A DNA stretch of 64,000 bases. Origin: an uncultured bacterium (GTDB taxonomy: Bacteria; Margulisbacteria; WOR-1; CAVSGV01). The DNA lies in assembly GCA_963768305.1 (NCBI GenBank), contig CAVYHE010000009.1:32001-96000 (forward strand). Direction: 5' to 3'. Positions 33,638-43,179 of the stretch are shown here, piece by piece. The translations under genes and the position numbers were made by a program. The stretch's first letter is position 1, and each line of letters begins with the position of its first letter. Below the pieces are notes generated by a model. The model saw nothing but the letters and a program-made list of their open reading frames with translations. It searched no databases and was not told the DNA's origin.

Positions 33638-35059
33638 TCAGTAAGCCCCTGATCCGAAAATAACAGTGGGAATGGTCCTGAGCATTATCCTGAAATCCAT
33701 CCACAGCGACCAGTTCTCAATATAATATATGTCAAGGCGGACCATATCCTCGAACGGAAGCTCGCTCCGCCCCGATACCTGCCAGAGTCCGGTGATCCCC
33801 GGGCGGACCCTCAATCTTTTTTTGTGCCAGGAAGTGTATCTTTCGACCTCGATCGGAACGGGAGGCCTTGGCCCCACAAGGCTCATATCGCCAATAAGCA
33901 CGTTGATCAGCTGGGGCACCTCGTCGATGCTCAATTTCCTTATTATCCTGCCTATACCCGTCACGCGCGGGTCGTCCTTTGCCTTGAACCGCAGGATATT
34001 CCCGCCTTTCTCGGCAACGACCCGGGTGAACATGGATTCGGCAGATTCAACCATTGATCTGAATTTATACAGGTTGAATATCTTGCCGTCCTTACCGATG
34101 CGTTTTTGCGTGAACAACACCGGGCCCTTTGAGCCAAATTTTATGGCGCCAGCCGTGATGAGCATGAACGGCGACAGTATCAAAAGCGCCGAAAGAGAGA
34201 TAATGATATCGGTAGCCCGTTTGACCGCAGCATTTATCCCCTGCAGCTTGATCTCCTTTATTGAAAGAAGCGGGATGCCGCCTATTTCATCGGCGGAGAT
34301 CCTCGAAGCGATCAATTCAAGGATGCCGGGAACAAGCTTGAATTCAACGCCGTCGCCTTCGCATTCGGTTATTATCTCCAGAACTTTCTGCTGATGCAAC
34401 TTGCCTGTCGCAAGTATGACCTCATCTATGTTAAGCTCCCTTATCATGTTCTTCGTGCTGATGATGGGCCCCCTTACGGGAACGCCGTGGAACATCTTGC
34501 CTATCTTATCCCTGTCGTCATCCAGGAACGCGATAGCTTTATAACCGGTCTCTTTTTCCGTCAATACTTTATAAGCGATCCCCTGCCCTATTTCCCCGGC
34601 TCCAAGTATCAAAGTTCTGCGCACTCCAATGCCTTTTCTGTAAAATTCCCTCTGAAGAACGTTCAAAGAATATCGTGAAACGATCATCAAAATAGAGCAG
34701 GTCACCATGGCATAAAGAAGAAGCGCCCTTGAGAACCAGAATCCCCTGTATAAAAAGAGAAGCGCAAAAAGCAAAAGCGAGCCGGCTATGGTCGCACCAA
34801 AAATGGAAGAAGTTTCATCTCCCGCAGAAGTAATATCTCTTTTATCGTAAAGGCCAAGAAGTTTGAACAACGCCAGCCATAGGAATGTCACGAAGATCAA
34901 TATGTAATAGAACCGCCCAAGCTGTGGGATTATTGCAGGAGCCTTTCCAAGGAACCATTCAAAACGAAGATAGTAAGCCAAAATGAAAGAAAGGTTGATC
35001 GCAACAGCGTCAATTATGATGAGCAGCAACGGCGGGAATTTTGCTGTTTTCTTCAGCAT
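33638..35059 (-). CDS. Priming polyprenyl-phosphate sugar-1-P transferase (WcaJ/WbaP type)
   Basis: N-terminal TMs, GAGE, KFRSM, DDPRVT, DEVPQLINV, GDMSLVGPRP, PGITGLWQV. Confidence 0.93.
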   Translation of the reverse strand: MLKKTAKFPPLLLIIIDAVAINLSFILAYYLRFEWFLGKAPAIIPQLGRFYYILIFVTFLWLALFKLLGLYDKRDITSAGDETSSIFGATIAGSLLLFALLFLYRGFWFSRALLLYAMVTCSILMIVSRYSLNVLQREFYRKGIGVRRTLILGAGEIGQGIAYKVLTEKETGYKAIAFLDDDRDKIGKMFHGVPVRGPIISTKNMIRELNIDEVILATGKLHQQKVLEIITECEGDGVEFKLVPGILELIASRISADEIGGIPLLSIKEIKLQGINAAVKRATDIIISLSALLILSPFMLITAGAIKFGSKGPVLFTQKRIGKDGKIFNLYKFRSMVESAESMFTRVVAEKGGNILRFKAKDDPRVTGIGRIIRKLSIDEVPQLINVLIGDMSLVGPRPPVPIEVERYTSWHKKRLRVRPGITGLWQVSGRSELPFEDMVRLDIYYIENWSLWMDFRIMLRTIPTVIFGSGAY

Positions 35060-37455
35060 TATTTTATCTTCCCCAGCATTTTCTTCGCGTATTCATTGTT
35101 CGGGTCCACCATGAGAGTTTGATCGAATTCCTGCTTGGCCTTTTCGGGCTGCCCTGTTCCAAGATATATCATCCCCAATCCGTTATGGACGTTCACGTTC
35201 TTGGGATCGATGAGGTAAGCTTTTTCAAAATCGTCCTGTGCCTTTGCCACCTTCCCCGCCCTGGCTGACATAAGCCCCAAATTCACAAGGGCATTTACGT
35301 TTTGCGGGTTTTCGGCTACCATCTGCTCATATATTGCCTCAGCTTTTCCGATCTCGCCTTCCTTCACGTACATGGCCGCAAGATTCTCCTGAAAAACAGG
35401 ATTGTTCGGATATTTTGAGAGAAAACCGTTGAATATATCTATCACTTTATTGGATTCGCCCATTTTCATGTACACGCTTGAAAGTCCGCTTACGGCTTCG
35501 GGCAGCTGGGGATTTATTTCGACCGCCTTTTCATACATCTCCGCGGCTTCCCTGTTCCTGCCACGTCTCTCATACACGCCTCCGATAAGCTGATACGCTT
35601 CGGCATAGCGGGGATCGATCTTGATCGCTTTTTCCGCTTCTTCTATGACCTTGTCCAGATATGAGCTGTCCGTAAAGGACAGGATAAAGTACGCCCTGCT
35701 GATGATATAAAAATTATCGGCGCTGTACGGGTCCACTTTCGCCGCTGTCCTGAATATGTCCACCGATCTGTAAATATACTTAACATCCTGAGTTTGCTGT
35801 GCGTTATTCAGCATCGCTATGCCGTAGCGGGTCCACGTCCCTCCTTCATACGGGCTGATCTTAAGGGATCGTTCATATTCGCTTATCGCGCCGTCAAATC
35901 TTCTGTAGTCGGCCAGCACAGTCCCTGTTTTATAATGCATATCGGCACGGAACTGGATAGTGGATAAATATGACAAATATAAAGCCGCGACCAGCACTGC
36001 GGCAAATAAGAGCCATGGCATTTGAGAGATATCCGGTCGTTTAACGCTCTCAGGCTGGCTTTCTTTGATATGGATCGAGGTGATCATGCCTATCATTATC
36101 CAAAAGAGCGTGGTGATGGCGACAACACCGAAACTGAATTGGTTCTGTATTAAATACCCGGCAGACCCGCCCATGAACCCTGCCGTGAAAAGCTTCATCT
36201 CCGGATCGTACTCTCCTTTTATGGTCCTGTGGCCCAGATAAAAGAAACCGGCAATTATCCAAACATAAAGAAACAATGCAATGACGCCTCTTGTCACGGA
36301 CATGTCGCAGACCTCATTGTGGCACCGGTCCTGTTTTACATGAAAACCTTCATAGAACCTGAACTTATCGGTCTCATACTGCGGGAAGATCATCTTCATC
36401 ACTTCCTGGCCGATGCCGAAGATCGGTCTGTCGGTGATCTCACTGTATGCGCTTTTCCATGTCTCTAATCTTGAAAGTGTGGCATTATAGCTTATGGCCG
36501 GACTCTCACTCTCTGACATTTCAACTGTTTTCGTGGCTTCATTGGAGAACCTGCCAAAAGGTGAAGTTTCGGGATTTAAAGAAGTGATGACCGTGATGAT
36601 AGCTACAAGGAAAAACAAAATAAGAAGCTCTTTCCATTTGTTAATGGTCAGGTCCCTTTTCGCGTATGTAAAGAACAGGAATGTCCCGCCGAACAACCCC
36701 AGGAACCCGCCGCGGCTCTGCGTGTACAGAACTGCGACGTAAAGCATGAAAAGGCTGATAACAAGCACAGCTCTTAATCCAATATCATAAGCAAAAGGCC
36801 ACTCCACTTTTTTGTTCCATCGGACATCTTTCATGTTAAGCAGCAGCGCAAGACCGATAACGAAGCCCATGTCAACGTAAGCAGCAAGGAAATTCGGCTG
36901 GCCTATTGTCCCAATTATCCTTTGCCATGTCGCCACTCCGCCCCACGCGTAAGGATCCAGTCCCATCCTCTGGATGACGCCGTATATCGCCATGCAGACC
37001 CCGGCTATTATCACCGTGTACATGACCCTCATTATTTTATCTTTTGTATTGATGAAATTTGTCGTTATGAAGAACAAGAGCCCGTATATATACAAAGTTG
37101 TCAAGCCTTCATACCTTCCGTAAAATCCCATGATGCTTGTAAGCGGGTGGATGGAAGTAAGCGCGGCGACAGTTGAAACGAGCATGTAAGAAAGCACCGG
37201 AAAATCAAGCGGAGTGCGTATGAAATTATGCTTTTGCCCCAGCATCACCTTGACCGACCAGACGACCAGTATGGCAATGATGATAAGACGGATGGTCGTG
37301 ACCTTTGTAAGTGAGAACACGATGCCGACGCGCCTGTCAAATATGACAGGCGCAAGGAAAACAAGCGCGATATAGAGCATCTCTATGGCGCTGTCAAAGA
37401 TGGATTCCGTTCTTTCTTTTTCTTCCGCCGGTCTAACCTGTTGTTTTCGAGCCAA
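35059..37455 (-). CDS. O-antigen ligase/O-OTase-like membrane protein with C-terminal TPRs
   Basis: Many TMs, GTIGQPNFLAAY, TQSRGG, R.ETW, PIFGIG, HN motif, multiple TPR repeats. Confidence 0.85.
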   Translation of the reverse strand: MARKQQVRPAEEKERTESIFDSAIEMLYIALVFLAPVIFDRRVGIVFSLTKVTTIRLIIIAILVVWSVKVMLGQKHNFIRTPLDFPVLSYMLVSTVAALTSIHPLTSIMGFYGRYEGLTTLYIYGLLFFITTNFINTKDKIMRVMYTVIIAGVCMAIYGVIQRMGLDPYAWGGVATWQRIIGTIGQPNFLAAYVDMGFVIGLALLLNMKDVRWNKKVEWPFAYDIGLRAVLVISLFMLYVAVLYTQSRGGFLGLFGGTFLFFTYAKRDLTINKWKELLILFFLVAIITVITSLNPETSPFGRFSNEATKTVEMSESESPAISYNATLSRLETWKSAYSEITDRPIFGIGQEVMKMIFPQYETDKFRFYEGFHVKQDRCHNEVCDMSVTRGVIALFLYVWIIAGFFYLGHRTIKGEYDPEMKLFTAGFMGGSAGYLIQNQFSFGVVAITTLFWIMIGMITSIHIKESQPESVKRPDISQMPWLLFAAVLVAALYLSYLSTIQFRADMHYKTGTVLADYRRFDGAISEYERSLKISPYEGGTWTRYGIAMLNNAQQTQDVKYIYRSVDIFRTAAKVDPYSADNFYIISRAYFILSFTDSSYLDKVIEEAEKAIKIDPRYAEAYQLIGGVYERRGRNREAAEMYEKAVEINPQLPEAVSGLSSVYMKMGESNKVIDIFNGFLSKYPNNPVFQENLAAMYVKEGEIGKAEAIYEQMVAENPQNVNALVNLGLMSARAGKVAKAQDDFEKAYLIDPKNVNVHNGLGMIYLGTGQPEKAKQEFDQTLMVDPNNEYAKKMLGKIK

Positions 37456-38521
37456 TGAACTCCCTCATTTTCTTTTTGAAAACTTCTTTATCGAACGCCA
37501 TTGCCTGCGATCTGATCTCATCAGGATCAAAAGACATACGGTTGAACTTGACCACGGCTTCCGCAAGCGAAGCCTTTTCGGGCTCCTCGAAAAAGATGCC
37601 GGTAATCCCTTCAACGACCGATTCAAGCGCTCCGCCGGCCTTGAAAGCGATTACAGGCCTTCCGCATGCCTGCGCTTCCACGGGTGTAAGCCCGAAATCT
37701 TCTTCGCCCGGCAGGATATACGCCCTGCATTGAGAATAATATTTCACGATCTCATCATCGGGCAGTTTCCCAAGAAATGTTATGTTCTGTCCCGCAAGGC
37801 TCCTCAGCCTTCCGGCATCCGGCCCGGCCCCTATGATATATAACGGCAGGCCAAGCTCATTGAAGGCCTCCACCGCCAGATCGATATGTTTATAGGGATT
37901 CAATCTGGAAACAATAAGGAAAAAATCCTTTGATCCGCCATTATAAGGCTTAAAAAACGAAGTATCAACCGGCGGGTGTATCACTTCGGCATCCCTCCCA
38001 TAGAACATCCTTATCCGTTCCGCGGTCGCTTTGGAATTCGCGATAAAATGATCGACGCCTTCCGAGGTCTTTAAATCCCATCTTTTCAGCCATTCAAGGA
38101 CAGGATGCAACATTGCTTTCATGGTCGAGCCGAACTTTTCCTTTTCCAGGTAATTTTCGCGCTTCCAGACGAATCGCATTGGAGAGTGGCAGTAACAGAT
38201 ATGCGTCGCACCTCTGTGTTTTTTGACCCCTTTTCCCCACGCGGCGCTGCTTGAAACGATCAGGTCGTAACCGGAGAGATCGAAACTTTCAAATGCGAAT
38301 GGATACAGCGGAAGGTACTTCTTGAAATGCCTCCTCATTAAAGGGAGATGCTGCATGAATGATGTCCTGATGTCCATTTTCCTGAAAACATCGGGCATTT
38401 TTTCGCGATCATAGAATGAAGTATATATCGGGGATTCCGGATACAATTCATGGAGAGCCTCAACCACCCGTTCCGCCCCCCCGGCCTGATTCAGATAATC
38501 ATGGACTAAAGCGGTTTTCAT
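37433..38521 (-). CDS. GT4 glycosyltransferase
   Basis: LVHDYLNQAGGAERV, YCHSPMR, EDFGLTPVEAQACG; start at MKTALVHD. Confidence 0.92.
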   Translation of the reverse strand: MKTALVHDYLNQAGGAERVVEALHELYPESPIYTSFYDREKMPDVFRKMDIRTSFMQHLPLMRRHFKKYLPLYPFAFESFDLSGYDLIVSSSAAWGKGVKKHRGATHICYCHSPMRFVWKRENYLEKEKFGSTMKAMLHPVLEWLKRWDLKTSEGVDHFIANSKATAERIRMFYGRDAEVIHPPVDTSFFKPYNGGSKDFFLIVSRLNPYKHIDLAVEAFNELGLPLYIIGAGPDAGRLRSLAGQNITFLGKLPDDEIVKYYSQCRAYILPGEEDFGLTPVEAQACGRPVIAFKAGGALESVVEGITGIFFEEPEKASLAEAVVKFNRMSFDPDEIRSQAMAFDKEVFKKKMREFIGSKTTG

Positions 38522-39543
38522 CTGCCCTTGTAATTGTTCCTGTAATAATCGCGGTATTCTCCGCTGATGATCTTTTTCCACCAATTCGAGTTCTCCAGGT
38601 ACCACTCAACAGTTCGCTCCAATCCATCCTCGAACCTGTGCTTTGGCCGCCAGCCCAGCTCTTTCGTGATCTTCGCGGCATCCATCGCATATCTTCTGTC
38701 ATGGCCAAGTCTGTCTTTCACATATTCGATCATCGAGGCCGGCTTGCCAAGCTGTCCCAATATCCTTTTTACGACATCGATATTCGCCCATTCATTGTTC
38801 CCGCCGATATTATATGCCTCGCCGACCTTCCCTTTAATTATCACCGCTTCGATCGCGCTGCAGTGATCATCCACGAACAACCAATCCCTCACGTTCATGC
38901 CGTCCCCGTAAACAGGGAGCTTTTTCCCCGAGGCAGCGTTTATTATCATCAGCGGAATGAGCTTTTCAGGGAACTGGTAAGGGCCGTAATTATTGGAGCA
39001 TCGTGTGATGACGGAGGGGTATCCGAACGTGCGGAAATAAGCCATGACCAGCAGATCGGCGGATGCCTTGCTTGCTGAATAAGGACTGTTGGATGAAAGC
39101 GGTGTGCTTTCCCTGAATTTCCCGGTCTTTCCCAGGGAGCCGTAAACTTCGTCGGTAGAGATCTGAACGAATTTTTTGCCTTTGAAGCCCTTCTTCGACC
39201 AGATCTCCCTTGAAACATCCAGAAGGACCTGGGTCCCAAGGACGTTCGTTCTGGTGAAAATTTCCGGGCCTAAAATACTTCTGTCCACATGGGATTCGGC
39301 CGCGAAATTGACGATCGTATCTATGCTGAATTTTTTTATGATGCTCACGACGGTCTTAGGATCGCATATGTCGCCTTTGACGAACCGGTAATTCTTTTTT
39401 CCGGCGATATCGCTAAGGTTTTCAAGGTTGCCGGCATATGTAAGCTTATCGAGATTGCATATGAAAACATCCTTATCGATTATGTATCGTATAAAATTGC
39501 TGCCTATGAAGCCGCAGCCGCCGGTAACTAATATCTTTTTCAC
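38518..39543 (-). CDS. rfbB: dTDP-glucose 4,6-dehydratase
   Basis: GGCGFIG, AAESHVDRS, STDEVYG, YSASK, GHDRRY. Confidence 0.96.
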   Translation of the reverse strand: MKKILVTGGCGFIGSNFIRYIIDKDVFICNLDKLTYAGNLENLSDIAGKKNYRFVKGDICDPKTVVSIIKKFSIDTIVNFAAESHVDRSILGPEIFTRTNVLGTQVLLDVSREIWSKKGFKGKKFVQISTDEVYGSLGKTGKFRESTPLSSNSPYSASKASADLLVMAYFRTFGYPSVITRCSNNYGPYQFPEKLIPLMIINAASGKKLPVYGDGMNVRDWLFVDDHCSAIEAVIIKGKVGEAYNIGGNNEWANIDVVKRILGQLGKPASMIEYVKDRLGHDRRYAMDAAKITKELGWRPKHRFEDGLERTVEWYLENSNWWKKIISGEYRDYYRNNYKGR

Positions 39544-40259
39544 TTTGCCGCGCGTCCTTCCACAAGCTTATTGGCCAATTCCAGCGTCTCGATCGTCCCG
39601 GCATCGGTCCACCAGCCCCGCATCGTTTCAAAAGTGATCTTTCCGCGTTTGATATATTCGTTGTTTACGTCGGTTATTTCCAGTTCTCCGCGGCCGGAGG
39701 GTTTCAATTTTTTGATGATGCCGAAAATGGAAGGGTCATACATATATATGCCGGTCACGATCAAATTGCTCTTGGGCTTTTTCGGCTTTTCAACTATGCC
39801 GACGATCTTCCCCTTTTTTATCTCCGCCACGCCGAATCTGCGCGGATCTTTCACCTCTTTGAGCAGGAGTTTTGCCCCGGACGGTTGTTTTTTGAATTTT
39901 TCCGCAAATTTTGACAGATCTTCCTCGAAAATATTATCGCCCAGGATAACGAGCATTTTTTCGCCGCCGGCGAAATGCTCCGCAAGACCCAGCGCCTGCG
40001 CAATGCCGCCCGCCTCGTCCTGCACTTTATACGTGAACCGGCATCCAAATCCTCTTCCGCTTCCGAGAAGATTCACGACGTCGCCCATGTGCTCAACGCC
40101 TGTAACTATCAGTATCTCATCGATCACAGCCTGTCTCAGTTTTTCTATGGGATAATAGATCATCGGTTTTTTCCCAACAGGCAGAAGATGTTTGTTCGTT
40201 ACCTTCGTAAGCGGATAAAGCCGGGAGCCGGTGCCGCCGGCCAGTATAATGCCTTTCAT
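39540..40259 (-). CDS. rfbA: Glucose-1-phosphate thymidylyltransferase (short form)
   Basis: LAGGTGSRLYPLT, LGDN, EKP, RGELEITDVN, WTDAGT. Confidence 0.88.
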   Translation of the reverse strand: MKGIILAGGTGSRLYPLTKVTNKHLLPVGKKPMIYYPIEKLRQAVIDEILIVTGVEHMGDVVNLLGSGRGFGCRFTYKVQDEAGGIAQALGLAEHFAGGEKMLVILGDNIFEEDLSKFAEKFKKQPSGAKLLLKEVKDPRRFGVAEIKKGKIVGIVEKPKKPKSNLIVTGIYMYDPSIFGIIKKLKPSGRGELEITDVNNEYIKRGKITFETMRGWWTDAGTIETLELANKLVEGRAAK

Positions 40260-40281
40260 AAAACCTCCGTTTTAGGCTTTA

Positions 40282-40290
40282 ATTATACCA
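40282..40290 (-). promoter_or_regulatory. Internal extended -10 promoter before rfbA
   Basis: TGgTATAAT followed by SD GGAGG. Confidence 0.5.
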
Positions 40291-40293
40291 TCT

Positions 40294-41187
40294 CTACGGC
40301 TTTTTCGTACCGGCGTACTTCTCTTTTCTGAATAGATTACGGATCAATTCGATGCCGCATTTCAGCCAGATCCCCGCATAAACCGGCCAATTTAAAAGAA
40401 ATAAGCCTTTTATAGCATAATGTTTACCATAAAATACCGCCATGGCGCGGTGAAATTCGTAAATATTGCGATAACTTTGCCTTCGGCTGCCTCCCCTTCC
40501 TCCATAATGGACAATTTCGGCATCAGGAAGATAATAGACCTTCCATCCGTTTTTTTTTATCCTGAAGCACCAGTCGATATCGTCCCCGTACATATAATAA
40601 CTTTCATCCATAAGCCCGACTTTATCAATTACTTCCCGTCTGACGATCATGGCCGCCCCGCACAAGCTGTCGACTTTCGAGGCAGCTTTATCGTCAAGAT
40701 AAGTTAAAAGATATCTTCCGAAAAGTTCGCTTTTTGGAAAAAGTCTGTTCAATCCGGAAAAATAGAACAAAGAATTGCTCAGGGTCGGGAAACCTCTCCT
40801 GCATTGCAACTGGAGAGTTCCGTCGGAATTCAAAAGCTTTGGGCCAGCGGCGCCGGCATCAGGGTTTGAATCCATAAAATCGATAAGCTTATCGATCGCA
40901 TCGCCCAAAACCTCAGTGTCATTGTTCAAGCACAGGACATACCTGCCTTTTGAATTTTGGACGCCGATATTATTTGCTTTTATAAAACCGATATTTGAAG
41001 CATTTATGATCAACTTAACCGTGGGAAATTTCAACTTAACAAGATCTGATGAGCCGTCATATGAAGCATTATCAATAACAATGACATCAAATGAATGGCT
41101 GTTAATACTTTTATAAAGTGATGTCAGGCAGCGATCAAGATAATCTTTTGCATTGTAATTGACTATAGAAACAGAAACATCTGTCAT
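40294..41187 (-). CDS. GT2 glycosyltransferase (WbbL/rhamnosyltransferase-like)
   Basis: IVNYN, DNAS.DGS, LNNDT, YGDDIDWC. Confidence 0.88.
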   Translation of the reverse strand: MTDVSVSIVNYNAKDYLDRCLTSLYKSINSHSFDVIVIDNASYDGSSDLVKLKFPTVKLIINASNIGFIKANNIGVQNSKGRYVLCLNNDTEVLGDAIDKLIDFMDSNPDAGAAGPKLLNSDGTLQLQCRRGFPTLSNSLFYFSGLNRLFPKSELFGRYLLTYLDDKAASKVDSLCGAAMIVRREVIDKVGLMDESYYMYGDDIDWCFRIKKNGWKVYYLPDAEIVHYGGRGGSRRQSYRNIYEFHRAMAVFYGKHYAIKGLFLLNWPVYAGIWLKCGIELIRNLFRKEKYAGTKKP

Positions 41188-42047
41188 CTAAGAAGGGCTT
41201 TTTCATCAAGATACGCTTTCAATGCTTCATCCCATCTCCTCATGTCGTCCAGTCCGATCTTTTTCAGGTTCTTATGCTCAAGGACCGAATACGCCGGCCT
41301 TGTCGCTTTAGCCTTGAATTCCGATGTCGCGGCTTTTTCAAGCTTTACTTTTGTGCCTGTCAGCTCGAATATTTTTTTCGCGAAATCGTACCAGCTGCAT
41401 TGCCCTTTGTTCGTCACGTGATACAAGCCGTAACGCTCTGTTCTGATGAGTTGCTCGATCTTTCCGGCAAGATCAAGCGTGTATGTAGGCCCGACAATCT
41501 GGTCGGCAACAACCCTTAATACCGGCTTTTCTTTTGCGAGCTTCAGCATGGATTCAATGAAATTTCCTCCGCCTTTTCCCATGCATCCCGCGATCCCGAA
41601 CAGTCCGCATGTCCTTACTATATAATATTTTTTCATCATGTATCTGACATAAAGTTCGCTGGCAAGTTTTGATATTCCGTAAACAGTCCCGGGGTGCGGG
41701 CAATCGTCCTCTGTATAAGGTTTCCCTTTGTTCCCGTCAAAGACATAATCGGTGCTTATATGGACAAGCGCTGCATCATTGTCTCCGCAAGCAAGGCAAA
41801 GGTTCTTGACGCCAAACGCATTGACCGAAAAAGCAAGCTGATCATTGTCTTCGCAGTCATCTACCCTGTGATACGCCGAGGTGTTTATCACGACATTCGG
41901 CTTGTGTTTTGCGATCACATCAGAAACGTTGCCCTTATTCGTGACGTCGATATCAGAAATAGTAAGCGGAATGCATTCCGAAGCGGGGATGACCTTTTGA
42001 AGGTCGGTCCCCAGCTGACCGTCCGCGCCGATAAGCAGTATCTTCAT
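41184..42047 (-). CDS. rfbD: dTDP-4-dehydrorhamnose reductase
   Basis: GADGQLG, ISTDYVFDG, YGISK, RPAYSVL; start at MKILLIG. Confidence 0.93.
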   Translation of the reverse strand: MKILLIGADGQLGTDLQKVIPASECIPLTISDIDVTNKGNVSDVIAKHKPNVVINTSAYHRVDDCEDNDQLAFSVNAFGVKNLCLACGDNDAALVHISTDYVFDGNKGKPYTEDDCPHPGTVYGISKLASELYVRYMMKKYYIVRTCGLFGIAGCMGKGGGNFIESMLKLAKEKPVLRVVADQIVGPTYTLDLAGKIEQLIRTERYGLYHVTNKGQCSWYDFAKKIFELTGTKVKLEKAATSEFKAKATRPAYSVLEHKNLKKIGLDDMRRWDEALKAYLDEKALLR

Positions 42048-42049
42048 CC

Positions 42050-43117
42050 TTAGTCGCGCCCCATGGGGACAGATAACGGCCCGGTATCTATTATCTTTCC
42101 GTTCATCTTTACCGGGGATGCTTTGGCGGCAAGCAGTTTCATCCATTGGATATTGTAATAGATCGGATTTTCGAAATCCGTATATTTGCCCAGTTGCAGA
42201 GCAGCGTAGATCTGTTCTACGGACCGTTCAATGCTGCCCTTAGGCTCAAATCCCAGGACCCTCTTCATCTTTTCTCCGGATATCCTGTAGCTCCTGGATT
42301 CTCTGGCGCCGGATCGAACGTCCACTTTTATCTTCTGTTTCTTGTCAAGGCAGGCTTTTATGACCCCCGCAAGCTCAAGGATCATCAGGTTATCATAAAC
42401 AAGGTTGAATATCTGCCCTTTTACGTCCGGCTCGCGCGCTTCCAGACATTTGATATGCGCCCTGGCCACATCTTTTACCCATACCAAAGGCCTCCAATTC
42501 TCCCCTTCGCAGAATACCGCGATCTTTTTCTTGCTGAAGGCATCCTTTGTCATTGTGTTAACTACAAGGTCCCATCTCATCCTTGGAGACAACCCGAAAA
42601 CCGTTGCCTGGCGCAGGATCACGGGACAAAAATTCTTATCAATCATTTTCAGGAGGGCTTTTTCGGCATCAAGCTTTGATTGCGCATATTCTGACTGGGG
42701 GTTCACGGGGGATCGTTCATCCGCGATGCTGTCAACATGGAAGCCGTAAACAGCGGCGGATGAAGCGAATGTCATTTTCTTTATGCCGGATTCTTTACAG
42801 GCTTCGGCGACGCGTATCGTCCCTTCGCAGTTGATCTCGTGGTTGGCTTTCGGGTCGAATTCGGCAGTAGGATCATTGGATAATGACCCCATGTGGATAA
42901 CGGAAGAACATCCTTTAAGGGCGTTCAATGGAAAGTTCCGGACATCGCCTTTAATCAATTCGAACTTTTTTTGTATGCCAGTAAGATGATCTTTTCCGAA
43001 GATCAGGCTGTCGAACACCCGGACGTCATAACCTTTATTTAACAGCTCTTTGACAAGTATCGAGCCGATGTAGCCGGCACCGCCGGTGACAAGGATCTTC
43101 TTCTTTTTATCTGTCAT
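42050..43117 (-). CDS. NAD-dependent nucleotide-sugar epimerase/dehydratase (extended SDR)
   Basis: GGAGYIG, YAQSK, ATVFGLSPRMRWDLVVN. Confidence 0.88.
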   Translation of the reverse strand: MTDKKKKILVTGGAGYIGSILVKELLNKGYDVRVFDSLIFGKDHLTGIQKKFELIKGDVRNFPLNALKGCSSVIHMGSLSNDPTAEFDPKANHEINCEGTIRVAEACKESGIKKMTFASSAAVYGFHVDSIADERSPVNPQSEYAQSKLDAEKALLKMIDKNFCPVILRQATVFGLSPRMRWDLVVNTMTKDAFSKKKIAVFCEGENWRPLVWVKDVARAHIKCLEAREPDVKGQIFNLVYDNLMILELAGVIKACLDKKQKIKVDVRSGARESRSYRISGEKMKRVLGFEPKGSIERSVEQIYAALQLGKYTDFENPIYYNIQWMKLLAAKASPVKMNGKIIDTGPLSVPMGRD

Positions 43118-43140
43118 GTTGTCCTTTCAGTAACTGTATG

Positions 43141-43169
43141 ATTTTACAGCTGCTAGAATTAAAAATCAA
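43141..43169 (-). promoter_or_regulatory. Internal sigma-70-type promoter
   Basis: TTGATT-17 nt-TAAAAT. Confidence 0.5.
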
Positions 43170-43179
43170 TGAACAGGAT

